Source: an uncultured Lutibacter sp.
GTDB taxonomy: Bacteria; Bacteroidota; Bacteroidia; Flavobacteriales; Flavobacteriaceae
Length of the DNA stretch: 55,267 nucleotides
Direction of reading: 5' to 3'
Assembly (NCBI GenBank): GCA_964412305.1
Contig: CAYPNJ010000001.1
Span: forward strand, 1-55,267
This document shows positions 1-11,055 of the stretch, one piece after another. The notes under the pieces were generated by a model, which did no database searches, was not told where the DNA came from, and saw only the letters and a program-made list of their open reading frames with translations. A program made the position numbers and the translations under genes. Positions within the stretch are counted from its first letter, which is position 1. Every line of letters starts with the position of its first letter.

Positions 1-454
1 CTGTTCCTGTTTTACTGTGTGCATATTCACTCATTAATCTTGGGATTAAAGGAGTGTTTAATAGTAGTAACTCGTGGCTAAAACGATAAATGGCAATGGC
101 ATAAAAACCAGGATATGCCAAATAAACTTCTTCAATAGTATTTGAAGCAGGGTCGTTATTTACTAATTCCTGAGCATCTAAATTTAAATTTTCTAAAATT
201 GTTGGAAGTTTTATTAAAAAACTATTCCAAATTGTTTCGCACGAGCCATCTTTAATTAAACAAGCAAGTCTATAAATTTCTTTAAAATCAGTTTCTAGTT
301 GTACAATATTACTAGCTACACATGCTTCGGCATCAAATAAGGTGTGAAATAAGTTGTTGGTAAATTTTTCAGTTTTATGTTTTAAGCTGAAATTTAAATG
401 TGGCCTATTTTTGTTTGATATAATTTTTTTTATTGTGTTTTCTTTTGTTGTCAT
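1..454 (-). CDS. cysE: Serine O-acetyltransferase (CysE/EpsC type), 3' end runs off the window
   Basis: Not in the ORF track. Manual translation from ATG at 454: MTTKENTIKK...NDPASNTIEEVYLAYPGFYAIAIYRFSHELL...IPRLMSEYAHSKTGT, the characteristic DPA/YPG/AHxxTG segment. Confidence 0.9.
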   Translation of the reverse strand, partial: MTTKENTIKKIISNKNRPHLNFSLKHKTEKFTNNLFHTLFDAEACVASNIVQLETDFKEIYRLACLIKDGSCETIWNSFLIKLPTILENLNLDAQELVNNDPASNTIEEVYLAYPGFYAIAIYRFSHELLLLNTPLIPRLMSEYAHSKTGT

Positions 455-485
455 AATTAAGTTTGACGAATTATTTATTAAATAA

Positions 486-1220
486 TTACCATCGTTTGTA
501 AATTGTTGAAAAAGGAATTCTAAAGCGATCTCCATAAACACCTTCTGGTTTACGAATTCCGCAAGATATAACCATGTTTACTTGACTTTTAGCTGGTAAC
601 TGCAGTGCTTTTTTAACTCGAAGCGAATCAAAACCTTCCATAGGGCACGTGTCATAACCTTCTGCAGCCATGCCTAACATAAAAGTTTGAGCTGCTAAAC
701 CAGCACTTTTATGTGCAACAACTCGTATATCAGATTTTCTTAGCTGACGATATGTTGGCTTAAAAAGCCCTGTTAACCAAGAAATAGCATATTTTATGTA
801 TCCATAAATTCCTAAAAATTCTCCATAAGCGAAAGGCATTATTTTTTTATAATAATTTAAAGCAAATTTCTCACGTCTAGAGTATTCGTTTGAAGGTTTT
901 ACACCAAATAATTTTGTTAAATAACTAATATGTGTTCTTGTGCGTTGTTTCCATAAATCTTTACGTACTACAATTACAACCATTTCTATGGCTGTTGTTG
1001 CTGCACTTTGCCCTAAGCAAGCAACGGCAAGTTTTTCTAAAATAGTTGTTGAAGTAATGTGATGAAATTCCCACAATTGCATATTGCTACTATTTGGAGC
1101 TAAAGTTGCTTGTTCAATACATTTTTGTACAATTTCAGAATCAATTGCTTTATTTTCATCGTAAACTCTAACAGAACGACGATAATTAATGGCTTCTATA
1201 AGGCTTGTATTTTTTGTCAT
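486..1220 (-). CDS. Nitroreductase family protein
   Basis: RRSVR FMN-binding motif, APNSSNMQLW, and GYDTCPMEGFD. Confidence 0.9.
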   Translation of the reverse strand: MTKNTSLIEAINYRRSVRVYDENKAIDSEIVQKCIEQATLAPNSSNMQLWEFHHITSTTILEKLAVACLGQSAATTAIEMVVIVVRKDLWKQRTRTHISYLTKLFGVKPSNEYSRREKFALNYYKKIMPFAYGEFLGIYGYIKYAISWLTGLFKPTYRQLRKSDIRVVAHKSAGLAAQTFMLGMAAEGYDTCPMEGFDSLRVKKALQLPAKSQVNMVISCGIRKPEGVYGDRFRIPFSTIYKRW

Positions 1221-1234
1221 AGCGGTAAATCTAC

Positions 1235-1275
1235 AAAAAAATCACTCGAAAGTTTACAAGGCTTTGAGTGATTTT
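1235..1275 (-). terminator. Intrinsic terminator downstream of leuA-leuB
   Basis: Stem AAAATCACTC(1238-1247)/GAGTGATTTT(1266-1275); U-tract follows on the minus strand. Confidence 0.7.
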
Positions 1276-1303
1276 AAAATTAATTCAAAAGGCTAGCAAT
1301 TGG

Positions 1304-2419
1304 TTAAATAATGGTTGATTGTCCTAAATCTATATTGTTTTTATTGTAAAATGTATTTTCTTCATCTAAAATAAAATCGCTTAAAAAGTTTCCAACATTG
1401 GTAGTTGAAAAATGATTTATTGTATTTATATCGGGTGTTGAAATATTTAATTCAATAGATTTTTCAATGGCAATTTTTATGTCTTCGGCCTCATCATACA
1501 AATCAAAATGTTCTAATAACATTGCGGCAGATAAAACAGCTGCCAACGGATTGGCAATATTTTTTCCTTTCGCTTGCGGGTATGAGCCGTGAATTGGTTC
1601 AAATAAAGCTGTATGTTCGCCAATGGATGCAGATGCTAGTAACCCAATAGAGCCAGAAATTACACTAGCTTCATCTGAAAGGATATCTCCAAACATATTT
1701 TCGGTTAAAATAACATCAAACTGTGTTGGGTTTAAAATGAGTTGCATGGCTGCATTGTCTACAAATAAAAATTCTAATTTAACTGTAGGGTATTTCTTTG
1801 CTATTTCTGTAACTCTTTTTCTCCAAAGACGTGAAGTTTCTAGTACGTTTGCTTTGTCAACTAGCGTTAATTTTTTTCGTCTAACAAGGGCAGCTTTAAA
1901 AGCTAAATGTGAAATTCTATCAATTTCTTCAGCCGTATATTTACAGGTGTCTGAAGCTTCATTGCCATTAGCACTCAATTTTTTTTCACCAAAATAGATG
2001 CCACTAGTAAGTTCTCTATAAATCACAAAATCGGTTCCTTTAATTACGTGTTCTTTTAAATTAGATTGATGAATTAATGACTCGTAAGTTGTTAAAGGTC
2101 GAATATTTGCAAACAATCCTAAACTTTTTCGAAGTTTTAATAAACCTTGTTCAGGTCTAACTTTAGCAGTTGGATTGTTATCGTATTTAGGGTCTCCTAT
2201 TGCTCCAAAAAGAATTGCATCAGCATTTGCACAAATTTGAAGTGTTTCATCAGGTAATGGGTTTCCTGTTTCATCAATGGCAATTGCTCCAACTGAAGCT
2301 TTTTCGTATGTAAAGGTATGTTTGTATTTTTCAGCTACAGCATTTAAAATTTTAACGGCTTGTTGGGTCACTTCAGGACCAATTCCATCTCCAGAAAGCA
2401 ACGCTATTTTTAAGTTCAT
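1304..2419 (-). CDS. leuB: 3-isopropylmalate dehydrogenase
   Basis: GDGIGPEV, VDKANVL, NMFGDILSDEAS, FEPIHGSYP motifs. Confidence 0.97.
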   Translation of the reverse strand: MNLKIALLSGDGIGPEVTQQAVKILNAVAEKYKHTFTYEKASVGAIAIDETGNPLPDETLQICANADAILFGAIGDPKYDNNPTAKVRPEQGLLKLRKSLGLFANIRPLTTYESLIHQSNLKEHVIKGTDFVIYRELTSGIYFGEKKLSANGNEASDTCKYTAEEIDRISHLAFKAALVRRKKLTLVDKANVLETSRLWRKRVTEIAKKYPTVKLEFLFVDNAAMQLILNPTQFDVILTENMFGDILSDEASVISGSIGLLASASIGEHTALFEPIHGSYPQAKGKNIANPLAAVLSAAMLLEHFDLYDEAEDIKIAIEKSIELNISTPDINTINHFSTTNVGNFLSDFILDEENTFYNKNNIDLGQSTII

Positions 2420-2449
2420 AATACTATTTTTTACTGTTTATGTATCAAT

Positions 2450-3625
2450 TTAAAAGTTAGCTGCAGTTTTATGTACATGATTTAATTCCATTAAATGGTG
2501 TAAATCCTCATCATTAACTTCTTTATGAAAATCTGCATATTTTAAAAATTGTGGGTATAAATCATCCAATTCAATTTTAGTTAAATCGTAACCAACATTT
2601 TTTGCTCTATAAGCTAAAGCAGCTCTACCACTTCGAGCAGTTAAAATAATTGAAGATTCATTAACTCCAACATCAGAAGGGTTAATAATTTCGTAAGTTT
2701 CTCGGTTTTTAATAACACCATCTTGGTGAATTCCTGAGCTATGCGCAAAAGCATTCTCGCCAATAATAGCCTTGTTTGGTTGAACTTTCATTCCCATACT
2801 TTCTTGCACTAATTGACTTGTACTGTATAATAATTTGGTATTAATACCAGTATCTAATTTTAAATTTGGATGTTGTTTTAAAATCATAACTACTTCTTCT
2901 AAAGCAGTATTTCCAGCACGTTCCCCAATACCATTAATTGTGCATTCTATTTGGCGAGCTCCATTTTGAACACCTGCAATTGCATTGGCAGTTGCCAAGC
3001 CTAAATCGTTATGACAGTGACAAGAAAGTATTACATTATCAATTCCTTTTACGTTTTCCTTTAAGTATTTAATTTTTGCGCCATATTCATCAGGTAAACA
3101 ATAACCTGTGGTATCTGGAATATTTAATACAGTTGCACCCGCTTTAATTACTTGTTCTAAAACTCTAGCTAAATATTCATTATCTGTTCTACCTGCATCT
3201 TCAGCATAAAATTCAACATCTTCAACAAATGATTTTGCGTAAGCAACAGCACCAACTGCACGTTCAATAATTTTCTCTTGTGTTGAATTAAATTTATGAA
3301 CTATATGAGATTCAGAAGTTCCAATACCGGTATGAATTCTTGGCCGTTTGGCATATTTTAATGCCGCAGCAGCAACTTCAATGTCTTTTTTATTTGCTCT
3401 TGTTAGTCCACAAACAGTAGCAGTTTTAACTAATTTTGAGATTTTTTCTACAGAAGTAAAATCACCAGGGCTTGAAACTGGAAACCCCGCTTCAATTACA
3501 TCAACTCCTAAAATATCTAGACGTTCTGCAATTATTAATTTTTGTTCTGTATTTAACTTACAGCCAGGGACTTGCTCTCCGTCTCTTAAGGTGGTGTCAA
3601 AAATTTGGACTTTATTATTGCTCAT
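2450..3625 (-). CDS. leuA: 2-isopropylmalate synthase, short form (391 aa) lacking the C-terminal regulatory domain
   Basis: [34 protein letters not shown]. Start moved to ATG 3625 (MSNNKVQIF) because a promoter element lies inside the longer ORF. Confidence 0.95.
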   Translation of the reverse strand: MSNNKVQIFDTTLRDGEQVPGCKLNTEQKLIIAERLDILGVDVIEAGFPVSSPGDFTSVEKISKLVKTATVCGLTRANKKDIEVAAAALKYAKRPRIHTGIGTSESHIVHKFNSTQEKIIERAVGAVAYAKSFVEDVEFYAEDAGRTDNEYLARVLEQVIKAGATVLNIPDTTGYCLPDEYGAKIKYLKENVKGIDNVILSCHCHNDLGLATANAIAGVQNGARQIECTINGIGERAGNTALEEVVMILKQHPNLKLDTGINTKLLYSTSQLVQESMGMKVQPNKAIIGENAFAHSSGIHQDGVIKNRETYEIINPSDVGVNESSIILTARSGRAALAYRAKNVGYDLTKIELDDLYPQFLKYADFHKEVNDEDLHHLMELNHVHKTAANF

Positions 3626-3655
3626 TTTTGGATTTTTTTTATCACATTTGAATAA

Positions 3656-3663
3656 CAAAAATA
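3656..3663 (-). promoter_or_regulatory. Putative Bacteroidota -7 promoter element for leuAB
   Basis: TATTTTTG on the minus strand matches TAnnTTTG, about 30 nt upstream of the ATG. Confidence 0.6.
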
Positions 3664-3773
3664 ATGGTAACCGTTTTTTATAAATTATAAGAAATAAAGG
3701 GTTTACTATATTCAAACAACAATTTTACTTATAAAGTGTTGTTATTCAATATGTTAAAAATAAATTAATTACA

Positions 3774-5318
3774 ATGGCTATTGAGCAAAAAGATGTGCTT
3801 TTTACGTTAGTTAAGTCACTTTCAAAATCTGAAAAAAGACAATTTAAATTGTATGCAGGAAGATTGGGAGGAAATGCGGAGGCTAATTTTATTTCTTTAT
3901 TTAATTTATTAGATAAAGTAAGCACATTTGATGATGATTTAATTTTAAAAAAAACCAATATAAAAAAGCAACAAATATCAAACACAAAAGCACATTTGTA
4001 CAAGCAAATTTTGGTGAGTTTACGTTTGAATCCTGTGCATCAAAATGTGAGGTCTCAAATTAGAGAACAATTTGATTTTTCAGCAATTTTATATAGCAAA
4101 GGTTTGTATAAGCAAAGCTTAAAAATTTTAGATAAAGCTAAAGAATTGGCGTTAACTAATGGTGAGAATAACCTAGCTTATGAAATTGTTGAATTTGAGA
4201 AGGTTATTGAGTCTCAATATATTACCAGAAGTTTAAGTAATAGGGCAGAAGAACTTTCTACACAATCTAGAACGTTGAGCGTAATTAATGCAAGAACTAG
4301 CAAGTTATCTAATCTTTCGCTTCAATTGTACAGCTTATTATTAAAAGAGGGATATGTTAAGGATGATACAGGTTCTAAAAAAGTAAAAATTTATTTTAAA
4401 AAAAGATTACCAATTTTCAATTTATCGGACTTAGGTTTTAGAGAAAAACTCTTTTTATACAAAGCGTATTTATGGCATAGCTTAATTATGCAAGACTTTA
4501 TTTTAAGTTATAAATATTCTCAAAAATGGGTTGATTTGTTTGAGGAAAACCCCGAAATGAAAAAGCAAAACTCAGTTTTTTACTTAAAAGGAGTTAATTA
4601 TTTATTAGAATCATTGTATTTAATTAAACATAAAACAAAGTTTAATAAAGTACTAGAAAATTTAAATTCAGATATTCAAAACAAAAACATAGCACTAAAC
4701 GATAATACCAAAACATTAACTTTTTTATACTATTCTCAAAATAAATTAAACCTTTACTTTTTAGAAGGAAGATTTAATAAAGGGATACGATACGCTTCAA
4801 AATTACTAGAAGAAATTAAAACTTTTGAATCTAAAATAGATGCACATCATATTATGGTTTTTTATTACAAAATAGGATGTATGTACTTTGGAGCTGGAAA
4901 AAATGAAGAATGTATTTATTATTTAGAAAAAATTATAAATAATAAAGAATTAAAAATGCGGGAGGATTTATTATGCTTCTCTCGTGTACTAAATTTAGTG
5001 GCGCATTATGATGCGGGATTAGATTACAATATTGATAAGCTCATTATATCAACGTATAAGTTTTTATTAAAAATGAATGATTTACACAAAGTACAGCGTA
5101 AGATGATTTCTTTTCTTAAAAGTTTAAGTGTAATTTACCCTCAAGACCTACATAAGGCATTTGTAAAATTGCATAGGGAATTAAGTGAGTTTGAAAATCA
5201 CCCTTACGAAAAACGCTCCTTCTTGTATTTAGATATTTTATCTTGGTTAGAGAGTAAAATTCAAAATGTACCAGTTGAAATAATCATCAAACAAAAGGCA
5301 AAGAAATTAATGAAGTAG
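3774..5318 (+). CDS. Hypothetical protein, 514 aa, predicted all-helical/TPR-like
   Basis: Long clean ORF with its own terminator; TPR-like segments (LYSKGLYKQSLKILDKAKELA; YYKIGCMYFGAGKNEECIYYLEKI); no signal peptide or enzyme motif seen. Confidence 0.8.
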   Translation: MAIEQKDVLFTLVKSLSKSEKRQFKLYAGRLGGNAEANFISLFNLLDKVSTFDDDLILKKTNIKKQQISNTKAHLYKQILVSLRLNPVHQNVRSQIREQFDFSAILYSKGLYKQSLKILDKAKELALTNGENNLAYEIVEFEKVIESQYITRSLSNRAEELSTQSRTLSVINARTSKLSNLSLQLYSLLLKEGYVKDDTGSKKVKIYFKKRLPIFNLSDLGFREKLFLYKAYLWHSLIMQDFILSYKYSQKWVDLFEENPEMKKQNSVFYLKGVNYLLESLYLIKHKTKFNKVLENLNSDIQNKNIALNDNTKTLTFLYYSQNKLNLYFLEGRFNKGIRYASKLLEEIKTFESKIDAHHIMVFYYKIGCMYFGAGKNEECIYYLEKIINNKELKMREDLLCFSRVLNLVAHYDAGLDYNIDKLIISTYKFLLKMNDLHKVQRKMISFLKSLSVIYPQDLHKAFVKLHRELSEFENHPYEKRSFLYLDILSWLESKIQNVPVEIIIKQKAKKLMK

Positions 5319-5349
5319 CATAGTAATTATTGTTTATTTAAAAATAATC

Positions 5350-5386
5350 AAAACCTGCATCAATTATAAATGATGCAGGTTTTTTT
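5350..5386 (+). terminator. Intrinsic terminator
   Basis: AAAACCTGCATCA / TGATGCAGGTTTT perfect 13-bp stem ending in a T run. Confidence 0.85.
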
Positions 5387-5510
5387 ATTGCATAATCATT
5401 GTAAAAATAATAGTTATAACTATCAGTAAAACAGTATTGTATGTTGAATTATTGAATATTGGATATTGTAAAATATAAAAACAAAAATAGGATAAAACAA
5501 ATGCCTAAAT

Positions 5511-5518
5511 TAAATTTG
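5511..5518 (+). promoter_or_regulatory. Putative -7 promoter element for the ilv operon
   Basis: TAAATTTG matches TAnnTTTG about 80 nt before ilvD; chance matches are possible in AT-rich DNA. Confidence 0.45.
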
Positions 5519-5596
5519 TTTTTTATTGAAAAAAGAACAATAAAAAGAAAGTTGTTTTAAGAATAATTTAAAAGAATTAAAAAAGTACTAAAATAA

Positions 5597-7279
5597 ATGC
5601 AACTAAATAAACATAGTAAAAGAGTAACACAAGATCCAACGCAGCCTGCAGCACAGGCAATGTTATACGGAGTAGGGCTTTCAGATGATGATATGAAAAA
5701 ACCTCAGGTAGGTATTGTAAGTACAGGTTTTGATGGAAATCCGTGCAATATGCACTTAAATAATTTAGCCTCTAAAATTAAAGAAGATGTCAATAAGCTA
5801 AATCAAGTTGGACTAATTTTTAATACAATTGGGGTAAGTGATGGAATTTCAATGGGGACTTCAGGAATGAATTATTCATTACCATCTCGTGATATTATTG
5901 CAGATTCTATTGAAGTAGTTATGAATGCACAAAGCTATGATGGTTTGGTTGCTGTTGTAGGTTGTGATAAAAATATGCCAGGTTCAATTATGGCAATGTT
6001 ACGTTTAAACAGACCAGCACTTATGGTGTACGGAGGAACTATTGCTTCGGGTCGTTATAAAGGACAAAAATTAAATATAGTTTCTGCTTTTGAAGCACTT
6101 GGACAAAAAATTGCAGGAAATATTTCAGAAGAAGAATATAAAGAAATTATTAAAAATGCAATTCCAGGAGCAGGTGCTTGTGGTGGTATGTACACAGCAA
6201 ATACAATGGCTTCATCAATTGAAGCAATGGGGTTTGCTTTGCCGTATAATTCATCTATTCCTGCTGAAAATCCACATAAAGAAACTGAAAGTGAACGTGT
6301 TGCCTCAGCTATTAAAAATTTATTAGAGTTAGATTTAAAACCTTTAGATATTATTACTAAAAAATCATTAGAAAATGCAGTGGCTTTGGTGAATGCTTTA
6401 GGAGGTTCAACAAATGCAGTGCTACATTATTTAGCAATTGCACATGCTGCTGAAATTGAATTTACATTAGATGATTTTCAACGTGTGAGTGATAGAACTC
6501 CGTTAATTGCAGATTTAAAACCAAGCGGTGAATATTTAATGGAAGATGTTCACGGTGTTGGAGGAACACCAGCTGTGATGAAATATTTATTAGAAAAAGG
6601 GTTTTTACACGGTGATTGTATGACTGTTACAGGTAAAACCTTGGCAGAAAATTTAGCCAATGTAAAAGCATTAACTTTTGAAGATGACCAACAAGTTATT
6701 TATCCAACCGAGAAAGCTTTGAAATCTTCAGGAAATTTACAAATCTTGTTTGGTAACCTAGCTTTAGAAGGTTCCGTAGCTAAAATTAGTGGAAAAGAAG
6801 GAAATTTATTTGAAGGAAAAGCAGTTGTTTTTGATGGTGAAGATAATGCGAACAAAGGTATTGGAGAAGGAAAAGTATCTAGAGGAGATGTTATAGTAAT
6901 TAGATATGTAGGACCAAAAGGAGGTCCTGGAATGCCAGAAATGTTAAAGCCAACTTCTATGATTATGGGTGCAGGTTTAGGGAAATCAGTTGCTTTAATT
7001 ACTGATGGTCGTTTTTCAGGAGGAACACACGGTTTTGTAGTTGGTCACATTACTCCAGAAGCACAATCAGGTGGTACAATTGCATTGATAAAAGATGGGG
7101 ATATAATTGTAATTGATGCAGAAAGCAAGACAATTAATGTAAAATTAACGGATGAAGAATTGGTGAAAAGAAAAGCGGAATGGAAAGCTCCGGAGTTAAA
7201 ACACAAAAAAGGAATATTATATAAATACGCTAAAACCGTTTCTTCAGCTTCAGAAGGTTGTGTAACGGATAAATTTTAA
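5597..7279 (+). CDS. ilvD: Dihydroxy-acid dehydratase
   Basis: [42 protein letters not shown]. Confidence 0.97.
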   Translation: MQLNKHSKRVTQDPTQPAAQAMLYGVGLSDDDMKKPQVGIVSTGFDGNPCNMHLNNLASKIKEDVNKLNQVGLIFNTIGVSDGISMGTSGMNYSLPSRDIIADSIEVVMNAQSYDGLVAVVGCDKNMPGSIMAMLRLNRPALMVYGGTIASGRYKGQKLNIVSAFEALGQKIAGNISEEEYKEIIKNAIPGAGACGGMYTANTMASSIEAMGFALPYNSSIPAENPHKETESERVASAIKNLLELDLKPLDIITKKSLENAVALVNALGGSTNAVLHYLAIAHAAEIEFTLDDFQRVSDRTPLIADLKPSGEYLMEDVHGVGGTPAVMKYLLEKGFLHGDCMTVTGKTLAENLANVKALTFEDDQQVIYPTEKALKSSGNLQILFGNLALEGSVAKISGKEGNLFEGKAVVFDGEDNANKGIGEGKVSRGDVIVIRYVGPKGGPGMPEMLKPTSMIMGAGLGKSVALITDGRFSGGTHGFVVGHITPEAQSGGTIALIKDGDIIVIDAESKTINVKLTDEELVKRKAEWKAPELKHKKGILYKYAKTVSSASEGCVTDKF

Positions 7280-7283
7280 AGAT

Positions 7284-9017
7284 ATGGAGACATTAAAAAA
7301 AGATATTCAACAAAAAGCTACTGGAAAAACGGTGAGAATTTCAGGCGCAGAAGCTGTAATAAAATGTTTGTTAGAAGAAAATGTAGAATTAGCTTATGGC
7401 TATCCAGGAGGAGCAATTATGCCTGTATATGATGAAATATACAAATATAAAGATCAATTTCATCACGTACTTACACGTCATGAGCAAGGAGCAATACATG
7501 CCGCTCAAGGTTTTGCGCGCGTAACAGGTAAGCCGGGGATTGTATTTGCAACTTCGGGTCCTGGAGCAACAAATTTAGTAACAGGTATTGCAGATGCTCA
7601 AATAGATTCTACACCATTGGTTTGTATTACAGGTCAGGTTGGTTCACATTTATTAGGTTCTGATGCATTTCAAGAAACAGATATTATTGGTATTTCTACT
7701 CCAGTAACAAAATGGAATTATCAAATAACAAAAGCAAGTGAAATTCCAGAAGTGTTTGCAAAAGCATTTTATATTGCAAAATCGGGTCGTCCAGGGCCAG
7801 TCTTAATTGATATTACAAAAGATGCTCAATTTGAAGAGTTTGATTTTTTATACCAAAAGTGTGAAAAAATTAGAAGTTATAGAGCAGTTCCAACACTAAG
7901 TATAGATAAAGTTAAAGAAGCTGCAGCACTAATTAATAGCGCTAAAAAACCATTAATAGTTTGGGGACAAGGAATTATTATTGGAGGTGCAGAACAAGAG
8001 TTTAAAAATTTTATTGAAAAAACTAATATTCCTTCAGCATCAACAGCTTTAGGTCTTTCAGCTTTGCCAACTAAGCATCCTTTAAATGTAGGGATGGTTG
8101 GTATGCACGGAAATTATGCGCCAAATGTTTTGACTAATTCATGTGATGTTTTAATTGCTATTGGGATGCGTTTTGATGATCGTGTTACAGGAAATTTAGC
8201 AACATACGCAAAGCAAGCAAAGGTGGTTCATTTTGATATTGATCCAGCTGAAATAGATAAAAATGTTAAAACAGACATTGCAGTTTTAGGAGATGTAAAA
8301 GAATCTTTGTCTGAAATTATGCAATATGTTAATGAAGGTACGCATAAAGAATGGATGCAAGAGTTTGATAAACTATATGATATTGAACTAAAATCCGTAA
8401 TTAATGATCAATTAAATCCTACAAAAGAAGGATTAACAATGGGTGAAGTTTTAGGTGGAATTAATAAAGAAACAAAAGGTGATGCAGTTATTGTTTCTGA
8501 TGTTGGTCAACATCAAATGTTTGCCTGCCGTTATGCTGATTTTATTAAAACTCGAAGTAATGTTACTTCTGGTGGTTTGGGAACTATGGGATTTGCGTTA
8601 CCAGCATCAATTGGTGCTAAAATGGGAGTGCCAGATCGTGAAGTTGTAGCTATTATTGGTGATGGAGGTTATCAAATGACTTGTAATGAGTTGGGAACCA
8701 TTCTTCAAACAAAAGTACCAGTTAAAATTGTAGTTTTAAATAATAGCTATTTAGGGATGGTTCGCCAATGGCAAGAGTTGTTTTTTGATAAACGGTATGC
8801 TTCTACTGAAATGGTAAGTCCAGATTTTGTAAAACTGGCACAAGCGTATGATATTGAAGCGGTAAGAGTAAGTAAACGTGAAGATTTAGCCGATGCTATA
8901 AAAACAATGATAGCATCAAAGGAAACCTATTTTATGGAAGTAATTATTGAACAAGAAGATAATGTATTTCCAATGATACCAACAGGAGCAAGTGTTTCAG
9001 AAATAAGATTAAGTTAA
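7284..9017 (+). CDS. ilvB: Acetolactate synthase large subunit
   Basis: GYPGGA, RHEQGA, TSGPGATN, GMRFDDRVTG, GDGG...NN TPP motif, LGMVRQWQ. Confidence 0.96.
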   Translation: METLKKDIQQKATGKTVRISGAEAVIKCLLEENVELAYGYPGGAIMPVYDEIYKYKDQFHHVLTRHEQGAIHAAQGFARVTGKPGIVFATSGPGATNLVTGIADAQIDSTPLVCITGQVGSHLLGSDAFQETDIIGISTPVTKWNYQITKASEIPEVFAKAFYIAKSGRPGPVLIDITKDAQFEEFDFLYQKCEKIRSYRAVPTLSIDKVKEAAALINSAKKPLIVWGQGIIIGGAEQEFKNFIEKTNIPSASTALGLSALPTKHPLNVGMVGMHGNYAPNVLTNSCDVLIAIGMRFDDRVTGNLATYAKQAKVVHFDIDPAEIDKNVKTDIAVLGDVKESLSEIMQYVNEGTHKEWMQEFDKLYDIELKSVINDQLNPTKEGLTMGEVLGGINKETKGDAVIVSDVGQHQMFACRYADFIKTRSNVTSGGLGTMGFALPASIGAKMGVPDREVVAIIGDGGYQMTCNELGTILQTKVPVKIVVLNNSYLGMVRQWQELFFDKRYASTEMVSPDFVKLAQAYDIEAVRVSKREDLADAIKTMIASKETYFMEVIIEQEDNVFPMIPTGASVSEIRLS

Positions 9018-9019
9018 TT

Positions 9020-9541
9020 ATGGAAGAAAATCAAAAATTTACAGTTTCGGTATATACCGAGAATAATATCGGATTATTAAACCGTATTTCAGCAATATTT
9101 TTAAAACGTCATATTAATATTGAAAGTATGACAGTTTCAAAATCTGAAATTGAACATGTACATAGATTTACCTTTGTTGTGATAGTCCCAAAAACATTAA
9201 TTAGAAAAGTTGTTGGTCAGTTAGAAAAGCAAATTGAAGTTATAAGAGCTTTTTATCACACGGAAGATGAAATTATTTATCATGAAACAGCATTGTTTAA
9301 AATAGCTTCAACGCATTTATATGATGAAAAAATTCAAAATAAATTAAAATTTAGAAGAGCACATATAATTGCAATTACAGAACGTTATTTTGTAATTGAA
9401 GCTTCTGGATTGAAGGAAGATATTGACAGAATGTATGAGAAATTAAAACCTTTTGGATTGCTACAGTTTGTACGTTCAGGGCGTATTGCAATCACTCGAC
9501 CTAAAATGGCGATATCAGAATTATTAGCAGAAATTAATTAA
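9020..9541 (+). CDS. ilvN: Acetolactate synthase small (regulatory) subunit
   Basis: N-terminal ACT domain ([23 protein letters not shown]), C-terminal VRSGRIAI; follows ilvB. Confidence 0.95.
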   Translation: MEENQKFTVSVYTENNIGLLNRISAIFLKRHINIESMTVSKSEIEHVHRFTFVVIVPKTLIRKVVGQLEKQIEVIRAFYHTEDEIIYHETALFKIASTHLYDEKIQNKLKFRRAHIIAITERYFVIEASGLKEDIDRMYEKLKPFGLLQFVRSGRIAITRPKMAISELLAEIN

Positions 9542-9560
9542 AAGAATAAAAAATAAACAA

Positions 9561-11033
9561 ATGGCAAATTATTTTAATACACTTTCTTTAAGAGATAAAT
9601 TAGATCAATTAGGAAAATGTAGATTTATGGACTCTTCAGAATTTAGTGAAGGTGTTAAAGCATTAAAAGGTAAAAAAATTGTAATTGTTGGTTGTGGAGC
9701 GCAAGGTTTAAACCAAGGTTTAAACATGAGAGATTCAGGGCTAGATGTTTCTTATACCTTAAGACCAGCAGCAATTTTAGAAAAAAGACAATCGTTTTTA
9801 AATGCTTCTGAAAACAATTTTAAGGTTGGTAAGTATGAAGAAATGATTCCAACTGCTGATTTGTTAATTAACTTAACACCAGATAAACAACATACCGCTG
9901 TAGTTTCTGCAGTAATGCCTTTAATGAAAGAAGGTGCTACTTTATCATACTCTCATGGGTTTAATATTGTTGAAGAAGGTATGCAAATAAGAAAAGATAT
10001 TACTGTAATTATGGTAGCCCCAAAATCGCCAGGTTCAGAGGTAAGAGAAGAATACAAAAGAGGGTTTGGTGTGCCAACATTAATTGCTGTACATCCCGAA
10101 AATGATCCTGAAGGAAAAGGTTGGGATTATGCAAAAGCATATGCTGTTGGAACTGGAGGTCATACGGCAGGAGTTTTAGAATCTTCATTTGTTGCTGAAG
10201 TAAAATCAGATTTAATGGGTGAACAAACAATTCTTTGTGGATTGTTACAAACAGGTTCTATTTTATGTTTTGATAAAATGGTTGCTGAAGGTGTTGATGC
10301 GGGTTATGCTTCAAAATTAGTACAATACGGTTGGGAAACTATTACTGAAGCCTTAAAGCATGGTGGAATTACCAATATGATGGATAGATTATCCAACCCT
10401 GCAAAAGTAGCTGCATTTAAAGCTTCAGAAGAATTAAAAGATATTATGCGTCCGCTTTTTCAAAAACATATGGACGATATTTTATCAGGTCATTTTTCAA
10501 AAACAATGATGGAAGATTGGGCAAATGACGATGTTAATTTGCTAACATGGAGAGCCGCAACTGGTGAAACTTCTTTTGAAAAAACAGCAGCAGCTGCTAT
10601 TGAAATTTCAGAACAAGAATATTTTGATAATGGTGTGTTAATGGTTGCGATGGTAAAAGCAGGTGTTGAATTGGCTTTTGAAGCAATGACTGAATCTGGA
10701 ATTATTTCAGCATCTGCGTATTATGAGTCTTTACATGAAACACCATTAATTGCAAATACAATTGCACGTAAAAAATTATTTGAAATGAATCGTGTAATTT
10801 CTGATACTGCTGAATACGGATGTTATTTATTTGACCATGCTTGTAAACCATTAATTGCTGATTATGTAAAAAATGCACCAAGTAATTTAGTTGGAAGACC
10901 TTTTAACGATGGATCAAATAGTGTTGATAATATAGCGTTAATAGCAGTGAATACAGCAATTAGAAATCACCCCGTTGAAGATATTGGGGGATATTTACGT
11001 GAGTCTATGACCGCAATGACAAAAATAGTTTAA
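9561..11033 (+). CDS. ilvC: Ketol-acid reductoisomerase, long (class II) form
   Basis: [36 protein letters not shown]; 490 aa. Confidence 0.97.
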   Translation: MANYFNTLSLRDKLDQLGKCRFMDSSEFSEGVKALKGKKIVIVGCGAQGLNQGLNMRDSGLDVSYTLRPAAILEKRQSFLNASENNFKVGKYEEMIPTADLLINLTPDKQHTAVVSAVMPLMKEGATLSYSHGFNIVEEGMQIRKDITVIMVAPKSPGSEVREEYKRGFGVPTLIAVHPENDPEGKGWDYAKAYAVGTGGHTAGVLESSFVAEVKSDLMGEQTILCGLLQTGSILCFDKMVAEGVDAGYASKLVQYGWETITEALKHGGITNMMDRLSNPAKVAAFKASEELKDIMRPLFQKHMDDILSGHFSKTMMEDWANDDVNLLTWRAATGETSFEKTAAAAIEISEQEYFDNGVLMVAMVKAGVELAFEAMTESGIISASAYYESLHETPLIANTIARKKLFEMNRVISDTAEYGCYLFDHACKPLIADYVKNAPSNLVGRPFNDGSNSVDNIALIAVNTAIRNHPVEDIGGYLRESMTAMTKIV

Positions 11034-11055
11034 CTAAAAAACGCTTATCCGTTTA

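Noticed and set aside
3626-3715. N-terminal extension of LeuA in the ORF track (likewise DUF3570 to 25296, MraZ from 29144, YqeY from 44599)
   Set aside because: The extensions cover promoters, terminators or neighbouring genes; family similarity begins at the downstream ATGs.
5390-5596. Possible ilv attenuator leader (MPKLNLFFIEKRTIKRKLF at 5501)
   Set aside because: No run of Ile/Leu/Val codons beyond AT-rich expectation, no terminator hairpin, and it overlaps the putative promoter.
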